64,000 bases of DNA from Squalus acanthias (lineage: Eukaryota), in contig CM059438.1 of NCBI GenBank assembly GCA_030390025.1, positions 63,986,001 to 64,050,000 on the forward strand, in the 5' to 3' direction. The translations under genes were made by a program, and so were the position numbers. Shown one piece after another: positions 25,346-37,063 of the stretch (the first letter of the stretch is position 1; the number at the start of each line of letters is the position of its first letter). A model generated the notes under the pieces. It made no database searches, had not been told where the DNA came from, and saw only the letters and a program-made list of their open reading frames with translations.

Positions 25346-25689
25346 AACCACAGATCCCCGTAGCTCACCACATCCCCATCATACAATCCGTGCCTCACGC
25401 CATATCACAGCATCCTCCTGGGCGCAAAGGTGAAATGAGAGAGACCACAAAATATTCCAAACACAATCAATAAATTTATCTATAAACATATCACGCATAT
25501 CACATGAATTCTAATAACTAATGACCCTTGTGCCTGCCATAGTTGAATAGCTGTCATTGTGTGCAAGGTGTGAGTGTTGCTAGATGGAGATTGTTGGTGG
25601 GTGAGTGCTGGGGGTGTGGTGCATTGAGCTGTGTGTGAAGCTTGTGGTGCAGATGGTGGTATGTAGCATTTGTTGAAGCCTTCACTCAC

Positions 25690-25932
25690 CCTGACCACCC
25701 GTGTGAGGTCGTTAAACTTCTTCCTGCACTGGGTGTGTGTTCTGGGGATCACAGTGCTGCCCGTGACATGGTGTGCCACCTCCCTTCGCATAGTGCGGCA
25801 GACTTGTGGCGAGGGTCTCCTGCCAGTTGTCGGGTACAGGACCGCCCGCCTTCTCTCTACTGCTAAAACCAATAGCTCCAAGGCTTCATCGGAAAACCTC
25901 CGGGCTCTCACCCTGGGGCGACGATCTGCCAT
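25690..25932 (-). pseudogene. Harbinger Myb/SANT gene exon 1; downstream exons apparently deleted
   Basis: RARRFSDEALELLV..LYP..PRTHTQCRKKFNDL followed by GTGAGT donor. Confidence 0.82.
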
Positions 25933-26305
25933 CAGGATTTGTAATTAAGTGCTACTCTCCTTGTCCTTCTTCTTATAGTTGTTGAGGCAGCTGCACACCC
26001 AACAATGCTGAGAATGAGGTGCTACAGCATCAATGAACCTTCCCTTTAAGTACTGAAAAAAGCCTGTGGCAATCATTACTTGCGTTTAGACCCTCTTTTC
26101 AGTGGGGCTTCAGCTTGATTTTAGACGAGAATCATGACGGCAATCATTTTAATGAGGAGTGAGGACGAATTTTGCGTGCAGCCTAGACCATTTTCAGGTG
26201 GCGCAGCTTAACCATTTTTAGTCTAAACACTGCCCATTTCTCGGCTATAACGAATTTTTAGCCCATAGTACTGAAACACTGAAAAACGATTCTGCTGGAT
26301 TTAAT

Positions 26306-27036
26306 GGCCCAAAAATTAGTATCAGTACGCGAGAGTACGCACTGTGTACTCTCGCGTATTCTGTCTCCAATTGCCGGTTTTCAGCATGCACTGCGCATGC
26401 ACTGAAAACCGGCACTTGGTGATTTCAAAAGGGGGCGGTTCCTAGGTGAACCGCGTGCGCGCTACAGGCTGCGCGCACGCAGTGCACTTAGTGGTTTGAA
26501 CGCGCAGGTAAGCATGGAAGATTTTGCACATAAAGAAAGGAGGCGTAAGACCCTCTTTTAACAAGGTAAGTAGTTAATTAAGTATTATTTTGAATTTTTT
26601 TCAACAGGTATATCTTTTTTAGAGACTTTAAAGAAAGGTAAGTTTATTTTTATAACTTTTAAAAAGATTTTAAATTTTTTCAAAAATTTAATTTTTTGTT
26701 TAAAGTGGTTAATTTTTTTAACTATACTTATTTTATTAATGTGATGGTTTTTAAAAAAAATTAATTGAGGTTCAGCTGTTCTTTTGGGGGGTATAGTATT
26801 CATAGCTTTCACAGCCCTTGCTGTGAAAACTATGAATGAAAGATGGTGTGCTGCCATTGTCTCTAACTGAATCACGTGATCCCACAGCTCGCACGAATTA
26901 ACTGCGTCTCTGGGATACGCACACACTGCATAGCTGCTGTCTAGAAACTCAAGTTCGTGCGAGCTCGGAAGGAAAAGGCAGGCACGCAGTGAGATATCGC
27001 GGGGAAGCCTTACCCCCAGTCTTTAATTTCTGGGCC
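26306..27036 (+). mobile_element. Harbinger-type MITE
   Basis: TIR GGCCCAAAAATTA / TAATTTCTGGGCC, 3-bp flanks AAT/ATT, homologous to 28925-29688 and 51087-51851. Confidence 0.85.
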
Positions 27037-27164
27037 ATTGAGTTGGGTTTACTTTTGTTCTGTTAACACAGTTTTTTTAAGCGTATTTAAATTATTTCTT
27101 CATCAAGGTTGGCTCTGTTATTCTTCCATTCCTCTGATTTCCCCAGACCACAAGGTGCATGGCT

Positions 27165-27708
27165 CTCTCTCTCTCTCTCTCTTAGGCAGTCCCTTGGAAC
27201 CGAGGATGATTTGCTTCCACTCTAAAAATGAGGTCTCAGGTGACTGATGAGTCCAATGTGGGACCTATAGTCTCTGTCACAGGTGGGGCAGATGGTGGTT
27301 GAAGGGGCAGGTGGGTGGGGTGCTTGGGTTGACGTGCGCTCCTTCCGCTATTTGCGCTTGGCTTCCGCTTGCTCCCGGTGAAGAGACTCGAGGTGTTCGG
27401 CGCCTTCCCGGATGCTTCTCCTCCACTTTGAGCGGTCTTGGGCCAGGGATTCCCAGGTGTCGGAGGGGATGTTGCACTTTTTCAAGGAGGCTTTGAGGGT
27501 GTCCTTGAAGCATTTCCTCTGCCCACCTGGGGCTCTCTTGCCATGTCGGAGCTCCGAGTAGAGCGCTTGTTTTGGAAGTCTCGTATCGGGCATGCAAACG
27601 ATGTGGCCCGTCCATCGGAGCTGATCGAGCGTGGTCAAAGCTTCGCTGCTGGGGATGTTGGCCTGAGCGAGAACACTGACCGGTGGTGCGCCTATCCTGC
27701 AATGGATT
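27165..27708 (-). mobile_element. RTE-clade LINE 3' fragment
   Basis: QLRWTGHIVCMPDTRLPKQALYSEL..GGQRKCFKDTLKASLK..AQDRSKWR; microsatellite tail. Confidence 0.88.
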
Positions 27709-28094
27709 TAGTCACAAGTGGAAGTGATCTGTGCGTTTGGACCACTGCTGATATTGCTTTGAATTTGGAGCTGGAAGGATTGTGAATGCAGCTCACAGAT
27801 GACTCTATTGATGCTTTTTCCTCCTTGTTCTCTGTTTGGCTCTCATCTGGAGCTCAGTAGCTTCAAAGGGTCACAGGGACAAATCCACATCCCACCACTC
27901 CACAGAGCTCTGCATAATTGCTTCCGCATGCCAAAGACACTCAGACCTGTCTTCTATTACAGAGTAGTTGTGATGTGCAAAAGTAACACACTGAATACAC
28001 ATCTAGTTTATGATATCACCGACATGTTTATTATTTATTTCTTTATCTAATAAAGTTGATTTCTAGCTTTTTACCCACTGGGGATAGAGTTTAC

Positions 28095-28338
28095 CCTGCC
28101 TGCTCTGAGGCACTAACTAAACCCAGGTATTGCAGTGCTTTTGAAAGCAGATGAAAGGGCAGATCCATAAATGTGTATTGTGAAGCAGCCCTTCGAGACC
28201 GTCAATGTTTAAATTCACCCTGGTTAACCCGACATCCTTGCACTCCGTAGTATTTCAGAAAAAGTAGAATCTAGTGACACGGACAGAGATTTGGCATTCC
28301 TGTCTTCTATAGTGGATCCCTCAAAGCCTTGATGGATT
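28095..28338 (-). pseudogene. Candidate decayed exon of the unidentified pseudogene
   Basis: Acceptor CCCTTGACCTTTTAG, donor GG/GTAAAC; IHQGFEGSTIEDRNAKSLSVSLDSTFSEILRSA...MDLPFHLLSKALQYLGLVS needs frameshifts. Confidence 0.3.
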
Positions 28339-28924
28339 CTAAAAGGTCAAGGGTGACGGAGGGCGTTGTTGTCTCCTACCCGCTCCAGTTCATTTCTTTG
28401 TAAAATGGTGCAACCTGCAAGCACAAAATCTTGAGATTTTCACAACTTAATGTGGAGTCATAAATGATTTTGAGGCAGCCAAACGCCTCCAGCACCTTAA
28501 CCAAGTAAGACCTTTGGTTCCCTCTGAATTTTTTGGGGGGCTGCGCGGCTCCTTTAACGGGATGCGAGGCCCATTCAAATTACCGCGTATGCGCGGTTTT
28601 TCCATTCAAAAGTCGGTGTGAGACCTCCAGACTGCTGTGCAGCTTAACGGGAACATATTTTTGCTGAGCCAGGTTTGAGCCCTCCCTGAATGTATGGCAG
28701 ATACCAGTAACTCCCTCAAGGTGACATGGTAAACAGTGCAACTGACCACAAGTCATGTGAGTGCATTGCCATCGTCCTCCAGTCTCAGCCGTGGTTCAGT
28801 GGGTAGCACACTCGCCTCTGAGTCAGTGAAGGCTGTGGGTTCATAGTCCCGCTCCAGGGACTTGACTAATGCTCCAGTGGAGCGCTGCACTGTTGGATAG
28901 TGTCCGTCTTTCAGAAAAGACAAT

Positions 28925-29688
28925 GGGCCAAAAATTCGGCCCTTGCCGGGTGAGTACGCACTGTGTACTCACCCGTAAGGCCTCCTGAAGTGCCGGTTTC
29001 TTGCATGCACTGCGCATGCGCGGGAAACCGGAACTTCCGGTCTGGTGAAGGGAGCGGTTCAGAGGTGAACCGCGTGCGCGGTAGAGGCTGCGCGCACGCA
29101 GCAAACTTAGGTTTATTTTCAGGTTTCTCCGGGAAGGTAAGTATTGAAGAACCTGCACATTTAAAAAGGAGGCGCAGGAGCCGTTTTCAACAAGGTAAGT
29201 GGTTAATTAATTACAATTAAATAAATTTTTCAACAGGTTTATCTTTTTTTGATACTTTAAAGAAAGGTAAGTTTATTTTTAGCACTGTTAAAAAGTATTT
29301 TAATTTTTTCAAAAATGAAAATTTTTGTTTAAAGTAGTTAATTTATTTAACTTATAGTTATTTTATAAATGTGATGGTTTTTAATTTTTTTTTTAAAGTT
29401 TAGCTGTTCTTTTGGGGCCGATTTCGATTCATACATTTGACAGGTCTTCCTGTCAAATCTATGAATGAAAGATGGTCTGCTGCCATTGGCTCTCCATGGC
29501 CCACGTGATCCCAGGGGACGCATTGCACTAACTACGCCCCTGGGATACACAAGCACTGCGCGCCGGCACTTGGAGCAGGCCCAGGAGCTGAAGTTTCCGT
29601 GGGCCCAGAGGTCAACGGCAGGCGCGGTAGGTAAGTGCGCGCGCGATCCTTACCCCCGCGGCAAGCCGGAGAGGTGAATTTCAGGGCC
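28925..29688 (+). mobile_element. Harbinger-type MITE
   Basis: TIR GGGCCAAAAATTC / GAATTTCAGGGCC, flanks AAT/ATT, interrupts the SINE consensus cleanly. Confidence 0.9.
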
Positions 29689-29880
29689 ATTAAACCGAGG
29701 CCCCGTCTGCTCTTTCAAGTGGATGTAAAAGATCCCACAGCACTCTTTCTAAGAAGAGCAGTGGAGTTATCCCTGGTGTCCTGGTGAATATTTATCCCTC
29801 AATCAACATCACAAAAACAGATTAGCTGGTCATTGCTGTTTGTGGGAGCTTGTTGTGCGCAATTAGCTGCTGCGTTTCCT

Positions 29881-30330
29881 AAAAAAATAAAGACTTGCAT
29901 TTACATAGCGCCTTTCACGACCACCGGATGTCTCAAAGCGTTTTACAGCCAATGAAGTACTTTTGGAGTGTAGTCACTGTTGTAATGTGGGAAACGCAGC
30001 AGCCAATTTGCGCACAGCAAGCTCCCACAAACAGCAATGTGATAATGACCAGATAATCTGTTTTTGTTATGTTGATTGAGGGATAAATATTGGCCAAGAA
30101 ACTGGGGATAACTCCCCTGCTCCTCTTCGAAATAGTGCCATGGGATCTTTTACCTCCACCTGAGAGAGCAGACAGGGCCTCGGTTTAATGTCTCATCCGA
30201 AAGACGGCACCTCCGACAGAGCAGCACTCCCTCAGCACTGCACTGGGAGTGTCAGCCTAGATTTATGTGCTCAAGTCCCTGGAGTGGGACTTGAACCCAC
30301 AGCCTCCTGACTCAGAGGCGAGTGTGCTAC
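29881..30330 (-). mobile_element. Deu-SINE, near full length
   Basis: Reverse complement of the copy at 45822-46270. Confidence 0.88.
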
Positions 30331-31720
30331 ATTACAACAGTGACTACACTTAAAAAGTACTTCATTGGCTGTAAAGTGCTTTGGAGCATCCGGAGGTTGT
30401 GAAAGGCGCTATAGAAATGCAAGCCTATCTTTTTCTTTTTCCCTCACCACAGCACAGACACATGCAATATCCCATTGGATGGTGGTTCGACCAATGGGTG
30501 TGCGGAACATAAGCATTAGCTGCTTGCGTCTATGCAACCCCATTGTGTCAGGCATCGAGCCCAGGATGTCCGAACATGTGCTTTGATACCCAACCTCCCA
30601 AATCGTAGGATTTCTTCATTGGTTATAAGAGGGACATCTGTTTTCCGTGTGGTGGAAGATCACACACAGAGCAAGCTTGCATTGTGCCAGGTTGCTTAAT
30701 GTTCTACACGTCCAAGTCCAATTTCAAATACCAGACTTGCGTATCACCAGCTGCTTAATCCAGATCCTCCTGCGGGCATCTTTAGCACCGAAGCTTACCC
30801 AGCGTGAGGCTGGTTCTCGCTCCAGAGTAGTCAGCAGCAGGCCTGAGCATTCCCTCCCCACAGCTGCTCCCTCTTGTTGCCACCAACCCGGATCACACTG
30901 TGATCCATGGATCTTGCAGGTGAACAAGAGGGAGTTCTTCCATTCGGTGCCCAGTACTTCTGAATCATGAAAGGGAACTCAAGTCTTGAAGGCGATACTC
31001 TTGCTGCCAGGGTAGAAAGAAAGAAGAAAAACCACCAAAATGCCCAGGTTGCAACTGGCATGCAACTGGATCGCCAGTCTCGAACACGAATCAGCAGTTG
31101 GCACTTGCATTTTCTCATTCATACCTTCAAGGTCCCTTCTTGAGTTGTGCAATACCACAATACTTCACTCGAGGCACCCACCACCATTTCCCATGAGTTA
31201 GTCCAGTGTTCAAGATGGTGAGTTAAATGCACTAGATCCCCCAGGCAACACAATATCATCTACCCATCATGATGGTAGTGCCCATTGATCTGGACCTCAT
31301 CGTGAGTCAATGCCTTTTTGAAAAAGAGGCAGAAAATCCATGGAGCAGGAAGTGGTTGCTCCTGCTGTTGCTGAGTTGCGTGAAGAGGTCACGATACTCT
31401 CCAAAGGAGCCCCAGCCCACAAATGTTTTATTCAGTACAGTGGGAGGTAAAATTACAAATATTGCTGGAGGACATTTAAATTGTAACATTACTTCAGTAG
31501 CATTTTTCTGGTTTAAATTAATGGACTGTAGTGAAATAAATGACTCCTGCAAAAGTCATGAACTAATTTCACCTGGTTGCTGAGACATCAAAATATAAAA
31601 TTTGCTGGCTTAATGTTTCAGCAATTACTTTCTATTCCTGCTGCGGATTGTCAATAATAACTCCAGTGCACTCCATGTTAGGTATTAGAAATTAGCATCC
31701 ATATAATATAAAAACATGCT

Positions 31721-32481
31721 GGCCCGTAATTTCCAACAGGAGGCTTCCTGCGTGCAGATGCCTCCTATCGGAAAAAAATCTACGCTCTTACCTGAGGGCT
31801 CCCGAGGTCCGGACACTTCCGCTCCTGGGCCTCTCCACAGTCGAAATGCGCAGGACCCACGTATCCCTGGGGCGCAGGCGGTTCGCAAGCATCCCTGGGA
31901 TCACGTGGGCCAGGCCAGCCAATAGGAGAAGGGAATCTCCCTTCATACTTTTGAAAGATAGACCTGTCAAATATATGAATGGAGATCACCCCAAAAACAC
32001 ACCAAAACATTAAATAATTTTTTTAAAAACCAGCACGTTTTTAAAATGAGTTAAAATTACATTAAATTAAATTTTTTGAACAAAAATTAAATTTTTTGAA
32101 AAAAAGAATTAAAGTTTTTTACGGGGCTAAAAATAAACTTACCTTTTTTAAAAGTATTTTAAAATTATAAATGAGTGAAAAGTTGTTTTTTCTAACTTTT
32201 TAAAACTCTTATGCTGGTAAAAGCAGGTCTTACACCTGCTTTTACCAGGCGTAAGATTTTTAAGTGATTTCAATGAGCGGAGGTTCTGCAGAAAGCGGAA
32301 CTCTCCACCCGCAGAGGCTCTTCTCCAGGGCAGGCGTGCGATCTGTCAAGAGGATTCTTGACAGATCGGAAGTGCCGGTTTTCAGCACATGCACTGTGCA
32401 TGCCTGAAACCGGCATTTCCAATGTCCCTGCAGGTGGGTACACAGCTCGTACACACCCGCAGGCATCGGAAAATACGGGTC
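31721..32481 (-). mobile_element. Harbinger-type MITE (related subfamily, inverted)
   Basis: TIR GGCCCGTAATTTCC / GGAAAATACGGGTC, TSD GCT/GCT, shares GCCGGTTTTCAGCA..TGAAACCGGC palindrome and AT-rich core. Confidence 0.85.
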
Positions 32482-32898
32482 GCTGAGTACGAGTCACGTG
32501 CCTTGTGGTGCCTCGATGATGTCTGGGAGGCTAGCTGGTGATTACAGTAAACAGGTGCACTGTACAAATGAGCTAGCAACACCTCATCTCGGGCCAGTGG
32601 CCACCGTCACGTGTCTAATAAATCAAATGGTGAATTGATGTCATGGATCAACAATAATAAACACAAACAGTTGTGAAGTTTGGGGCTGACAGCAATGAAT
32701 GAAACAAAATAACATTTTAAAAATCAAAGTAGAAATGTGTTTTATAACACTAACATTCTTTTTAAGTAGCAGAGCAGCACACTGGTGCTTTTACAGTTTA
32801 ACGATCAGTTATTTAAAGTGCCCATGAGGGTCACAACTACAGACCAGCATTGAGGCCTGTGTATGTGCCTCCCAGCAAAATGAAAAATGATGCTCTAC

Positions 32899-33095
32899 CC
32901 TAAAGTCCACTTAGATGGCTGTGAATTTGATTTAGAAGTTTTCGTGTTCGCGCGCTTTCTGTAAAATTGCCAGTGTTTTTTCTGTGTTGTACATAAGCCA
33001 ATGCCACCTTAAATTGTTGTCAGCCCCAGAATGAATGGCGTAGTACACATGGTTTTACACTGGGTAACACTACTGGCTATTAATTGCGTGCATAG
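32899..33095 (-). pseudogene. Candidate decayed exon of the unidentified pseudogene
   Basis: Long pyrimidine-tract acceptor CTTTTCCCTTTATTGCCTTCCCTATTAG, phase compatible with 35520-35630; HVYYAIHSGADNNLRWHWLMYNTEKTLAILQKARE but 4 stops. Confidence 0.3.
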
Positions 33096-34036
33096 CTAAT
33101 AGGGAAGGCAATAAAGGGAAAAGGTTATGGTGCTTTAGTTCATTCGACAGGACAATAAAGTTAACTGTATAGAAAGAATCCAATAAGCAATGCGCAGGCT
33201 TATGGTTTTTCCGTACTATCACAAGGTGTTAAAGAGCTGGATCTTGCTGGAATGCTGTTTGTGCGAAACAAACAGCGGAGCGGCATAAATCGGCCGGCAA
33301 GTTCTGGAGATTCGCAACTCACAGCGTATCTCTTAATCCCCTGAACTTTTTGGCCAATTTGCACACCAAAAGAAAGAAAGACTTGCATTTCTATAGCGCA
33401 TTTCACGACCACCGGATGTCTCAAAGCGCTTTACAGCCAATGAAGTACTTTTGAAGTGGAGTCACTGTTGAAATAATAACACTAATAACGGTGTGCGTCG
33501 TTAACACGCGGTTATTTTTCCAGCACGGTCCGGCCCATAGTATTCAGTGCAGGTAAGAGGAACGGCTAAATTTGCCATGTAAAATGGTTCAGATTTGTCT
33601 CTGTCCTTTCCCACACAAAGTCCTGTGCACCAATGTCAAACATTCTCGACAAGCCCCACTGGTTTCCCGCCCCCTAGTGTAACAACATCACAATCCTTAT
33701 CTTCAAATCTGCCACTGACTCGTTCCACTCCGTCTCAGTAATCTTCGCCAGCCGTACGCGGCCTGAGCTGCTTTGACTCAAGATGACTATTGGTTCCTTG
33801 TTCCTTCTCCATTCCAGGTTGACCAATTTTTCAGCCAGTAACCCTACAACGTTTCGGAATTTCCTTCCAAAACCACTTGTCTTGCTGCCTTTAAAAGTCC
33901 CCTTAAAAAACTCTCTTGACCTGCTTCTAGTTTCCCCCACCTGCTAAGTTTCTTCCTCTCATTTGCCTACATAACGATAATGTTCAGATTAGTAATCCAC
34001 TAGTTGTGAAATGCTTTGGGAAGTCTTGAGGGCATG

Positions 34037-34525
34037 ACATAGAACATAGAACATAGAAAAATAGGAGCAGGAGTAGGCCATTCGGCCCTTCGAGCCTGCT
34101 CCACCATTCAATCTGATCATGGCTGATCCTCTATCTCAATACCATATTCCCGCTCTCTCCCCATACCCCTTGATGCCTTTTGTGTCTAGAAATCTATCTA
34201 TCTCCTTCATAAATGTGACTTGGCCTCCACAGCCTTCTGTGGTAGAGAATTCCACAGGTTCACCACCCTCTGAGTGAAGAAATTTCTCCTCATCTCAGTC
34301 CTAAATGTCCTACCCCATATCCTGAGACTGTGACCCCTCGTTCTCGACCCCCCAGCCAGGGGAAACATCCTCCCTGCATCCAGTCTGTCTAGCCCTGTCA
34401 GAATTTTATACGTTTCAATGAGATCCCCTCTCATTCTTCTAAACTCTAGTGAATACAGACCTAGTCGACCCAATCTCTCCTCATACGACAGTCCTGCCAT
34501 CCCAGGAATCAGTCTGGTGAATCTG
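34037..34525 (-). mobile_element. CR1 LINE 3' fragment
   Basis: Nearly identical to 5200-5704; (TTCTATG)n tail. Confidence 0.92.
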
Positions 34526-34885
34526 CCATAAAAGACAGTATATAAAGGAACATTTCTTCTGGTCGGTTTACTTTTTTGTCCTTGTAATGTGCTGTCGGGT
34601 GCTTTTTTGTGTGAGGAGTGCTGTTATCAATTCAAGTTGTCATATTATAGTTACTGCCGAAATTTAATGTTCAGAAAACTGTTTACAGTTTTATCTCAAC
34701 AAATTTTGCCACGCATCCCACAGAGGGACAATGCATGATACTATTTTCTCACTGTAAAACTAAGCTTCTCTACTCTGATGTTGACAGATCCTGGCTGGTG
34801 CTGGCAGTTATCAAGTAGAAGGGCTCAGTATACGCTTGTAGCAGTTTCTTCTTCCCCATATCAATTCAGGTGATATCTAACCCTT

Positions 34886-35335
34886 ACTTCAGCTGTGGTT
34901 CAGTTGGTAGCACTCTCCCCTCTGACTCAGAGATTGTGGGTTCAAGTCCCACTCCAGTGACTGGAGCACAAAATCTAGCTCTGACATTTTTGTGCTGCAC
35001 TGTCGGAGGTGCCGTCTTTCGGATGAGACGTTAAAACCGAGGCCCTGTCTGTCCTTTCAGGTGGACATAAATGATCCCACGGCACTATTTGAAGAAGAGA
35101 AGAAGTGTTCTTCCCGGCATCCTGCCCAATATTTATCCCTCAACCGACACCTAAAACAGATCTGGTCATCATCACATTGCTGTTAATGGGAGCTTGCTGT
35201 GTGCAAATCGGCTGCCGCGTTTCCTACATTACAACAGTGACAACACTTCAAAAAGTACTTAATTGGCTGTAAAGCGCTTTGGGATGTCCTGAGGTTGTGA
35301 AAGGCGCTTTATAAATGTAAGTCTTTCATTCTTAT
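34886..35335 (+). mobile_element. Deu-SINE
   Basis: tRNA-like head (TGGTTCAGTTGG, GGTTCAAGTCC), Deu core, tail. Confidence 0.87.
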
Positions 35336-35519
35336 AACTTACAGCAATTCAACAGCAAAATGGTCCTGTTTCTATTGTTCTTCTGATGTCGCTGTTATTT
35401 ATAAGGTAACGCAGTGTGTTGGGAACCATCTCCCTTGGTTGCTGTTGCAATACGATCCCTGCACAGCAGTAGCCTTTCCACTGCATTGCACTTGGGGACT
35501 CCATTTTTTGAATGATTAC

Positions 35520-35939
35520 CTCTGAGAGGTGGGACTAACGCAAGCAGAGGCTGATAAATTAGGGAACGCTGGCATCGCAATCGTTTCACCAGTTGGTTCT
35601 TAAGAATATTATCTGCAGCATCCCTTGCAACTGTTGCAATATTCATAAAAGAAAAGATGGACTAGCGCTTATCATAGAGAGATAATTAACTTCAGCTGTA
35701 GATAGACCATAAAAGAAAATGCCCTCAATTACTTTCACTGAGACCATTCCATATTTTATTCAAATTATTTCTGAGATAGCGCTGAGCATTTCTCAATGTG
35801 AGCATTAAGTTTTGCCACATTACACTTTTATGCAGGAATGGGTTTGATGTGAGCGTTTGAAAAATATTTTTCCATGCCCTGCTATTTTCAATAATCGTTT
35901 TTTTTTTCATGTCGCTGTCTCTTGGGGCTTAAAATCCTT
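35520..35939 (-). pseudogene. Two candidate exons (35733-35939 and 35520-35630) separated by a 102-bp GT-AG intron
   Basis: Acceptors TTGCTTTTCAG and TATTGCAACAG, donors A/GTAATT and AG/GTAATC; phases join to ..KIWNGLSE-IARDAADNILKNQLVKRLRCQRSLIYQPLLALVPPLR. Confidence 0.5.
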
Positions 35940-36788
35940 CTGAAAAGCAATGCCACGCAGGAAATGAACAGACTGCAGCCGAAATAGACAACACTGATTC
36001 CATTTCATGGGTGAAATATAGTGCATTGCATTCATCCTGTCCTGAAATAGAAAACACGGGATTTATTATTTTGACAAGTGATAATTTAGAGAGGTTTTCT
36101 GTATGTACTTGAATAATACAGATGAATGGAGCACCTACAATATGCACAAGGACAAAAAATGATTGTCACCATTAAATCATAGAATCATCGAAAGTTACAG
36201 CATGGAAGGAGGCCAGTTCGGCCCATCGTGTCCGCGCCGGCCAACAAAGAGCTATCCAGCCTAATCCCACTTCCCAGCTCTTGGTCCGTAGCCCTGCAGG
36301 TTAGAGCATCCCAAGTGCACATCCAAATACTTTTTAAATGTGGTTAGGGTTTCTGCCTCTACCACCCTTTCAGGCAGTGAGTTCCAGACCCCCACAACCC
36401 TCTGGGTGAAGAAATTTCCCTTCAAATCCCCTCTAAACCTTCCACCAATTACTTTAAATCTGTGCCTCCTGGTTTTTGACCCCTCTGCTAAGCAAAATAA
36501 GTCCTTTCTATCCACTTTATCTAGGCCCCTCATAATTTTATACACCTCAATAAGGTCTCCTCTCAGCCTCCTGTGTTCCAAGGAAAACAAACCCAGCCTA
36601 TCCAGTCTTTCCTCATAGCTAAGATTCTCTACTCCAGGCAACATCCTTGTAAATCTCCTCTGTACCCTCTCTAGTGCAATCATCTTTCTTGTAATGTGGT
36701 GACCAGAACTGCACGCAGTACTCTAGCTGAGGCCTAACTAGTGTTTTATACAGTTGAAGCATAATTTCCCCTGCTCTTGTATTCTATG

Positions 36789-37063
36789 ATGCGGAGATGC
36801 CGGTGTTGGACTGGGGTGGACAAAAATGAGAAGTCGCACAACACCAGGTTATAGTCCAACAGATTTATTTAAAATTACAAGCTTTCGGAGCTGTTGCCCC
36901 TTCGTCAGGTAAAGGTCCAATGAGGGAATCTACAGTATTACACAGTATATAAACACAGAAAGCAATTTGTCTGCAGAGATACAATCTTTCAGGGAGGCAT
37001 TACATCAAAGACACACCAGAGCACAGCTAAGACAATGAGATGGGTCACAGTTGTATACTGTAG
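36789..37063 (-). mobile_element. Short PLE 3' remnant (family B) with hammerhead at 36875-36912
   Basis: 12-bp TSD TTGTATTCTATG at 36777-36788 and 37064-37075; TTAC-CTGACGA-A-GGGGC-AACA-GCTCC-GAAA-GCTT-GTAA. Confidence 0.85.

Larger units (their letters stand above)
19124..26264. mobile_element. Decayed PIF/Harbinger transposon B, split by a full-length CR1
   Basis: GGGGAGAAATT left end after TAA, AATTTTTAGCCC right end; transposase + at 24183-25345, Myb exon - at 25690-25932; linking the left end across the CR1 is inferred from an AACTT duplication. Confidence 0.65.
28783..30440 (+). mobile_element. Deu-SINE interrupted by a MITE (28925-29688) and by an inverted copy of the same SINE (29881-30330)
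   Basis: tRNA-like head at 28783-28860; Deu core resumes at 29689; tail resumes at 30331. Confidence 0.85.

Noticed and set aside
28963..29677. Recurrent short ORFs in MITEs (MYSPVRPPEV.., MKDGLLPLAL..)
   Set aside because: Recur only because the MITE is repeated; GC-rich palindromic sequence lacks stops and shows no protein motif
30600..31450. THAP-like or Harbinger-related coding remnant
   Set aside because: Only a vague RRRIWIK pattern; zinc ligands not recognisable and no consistent frame
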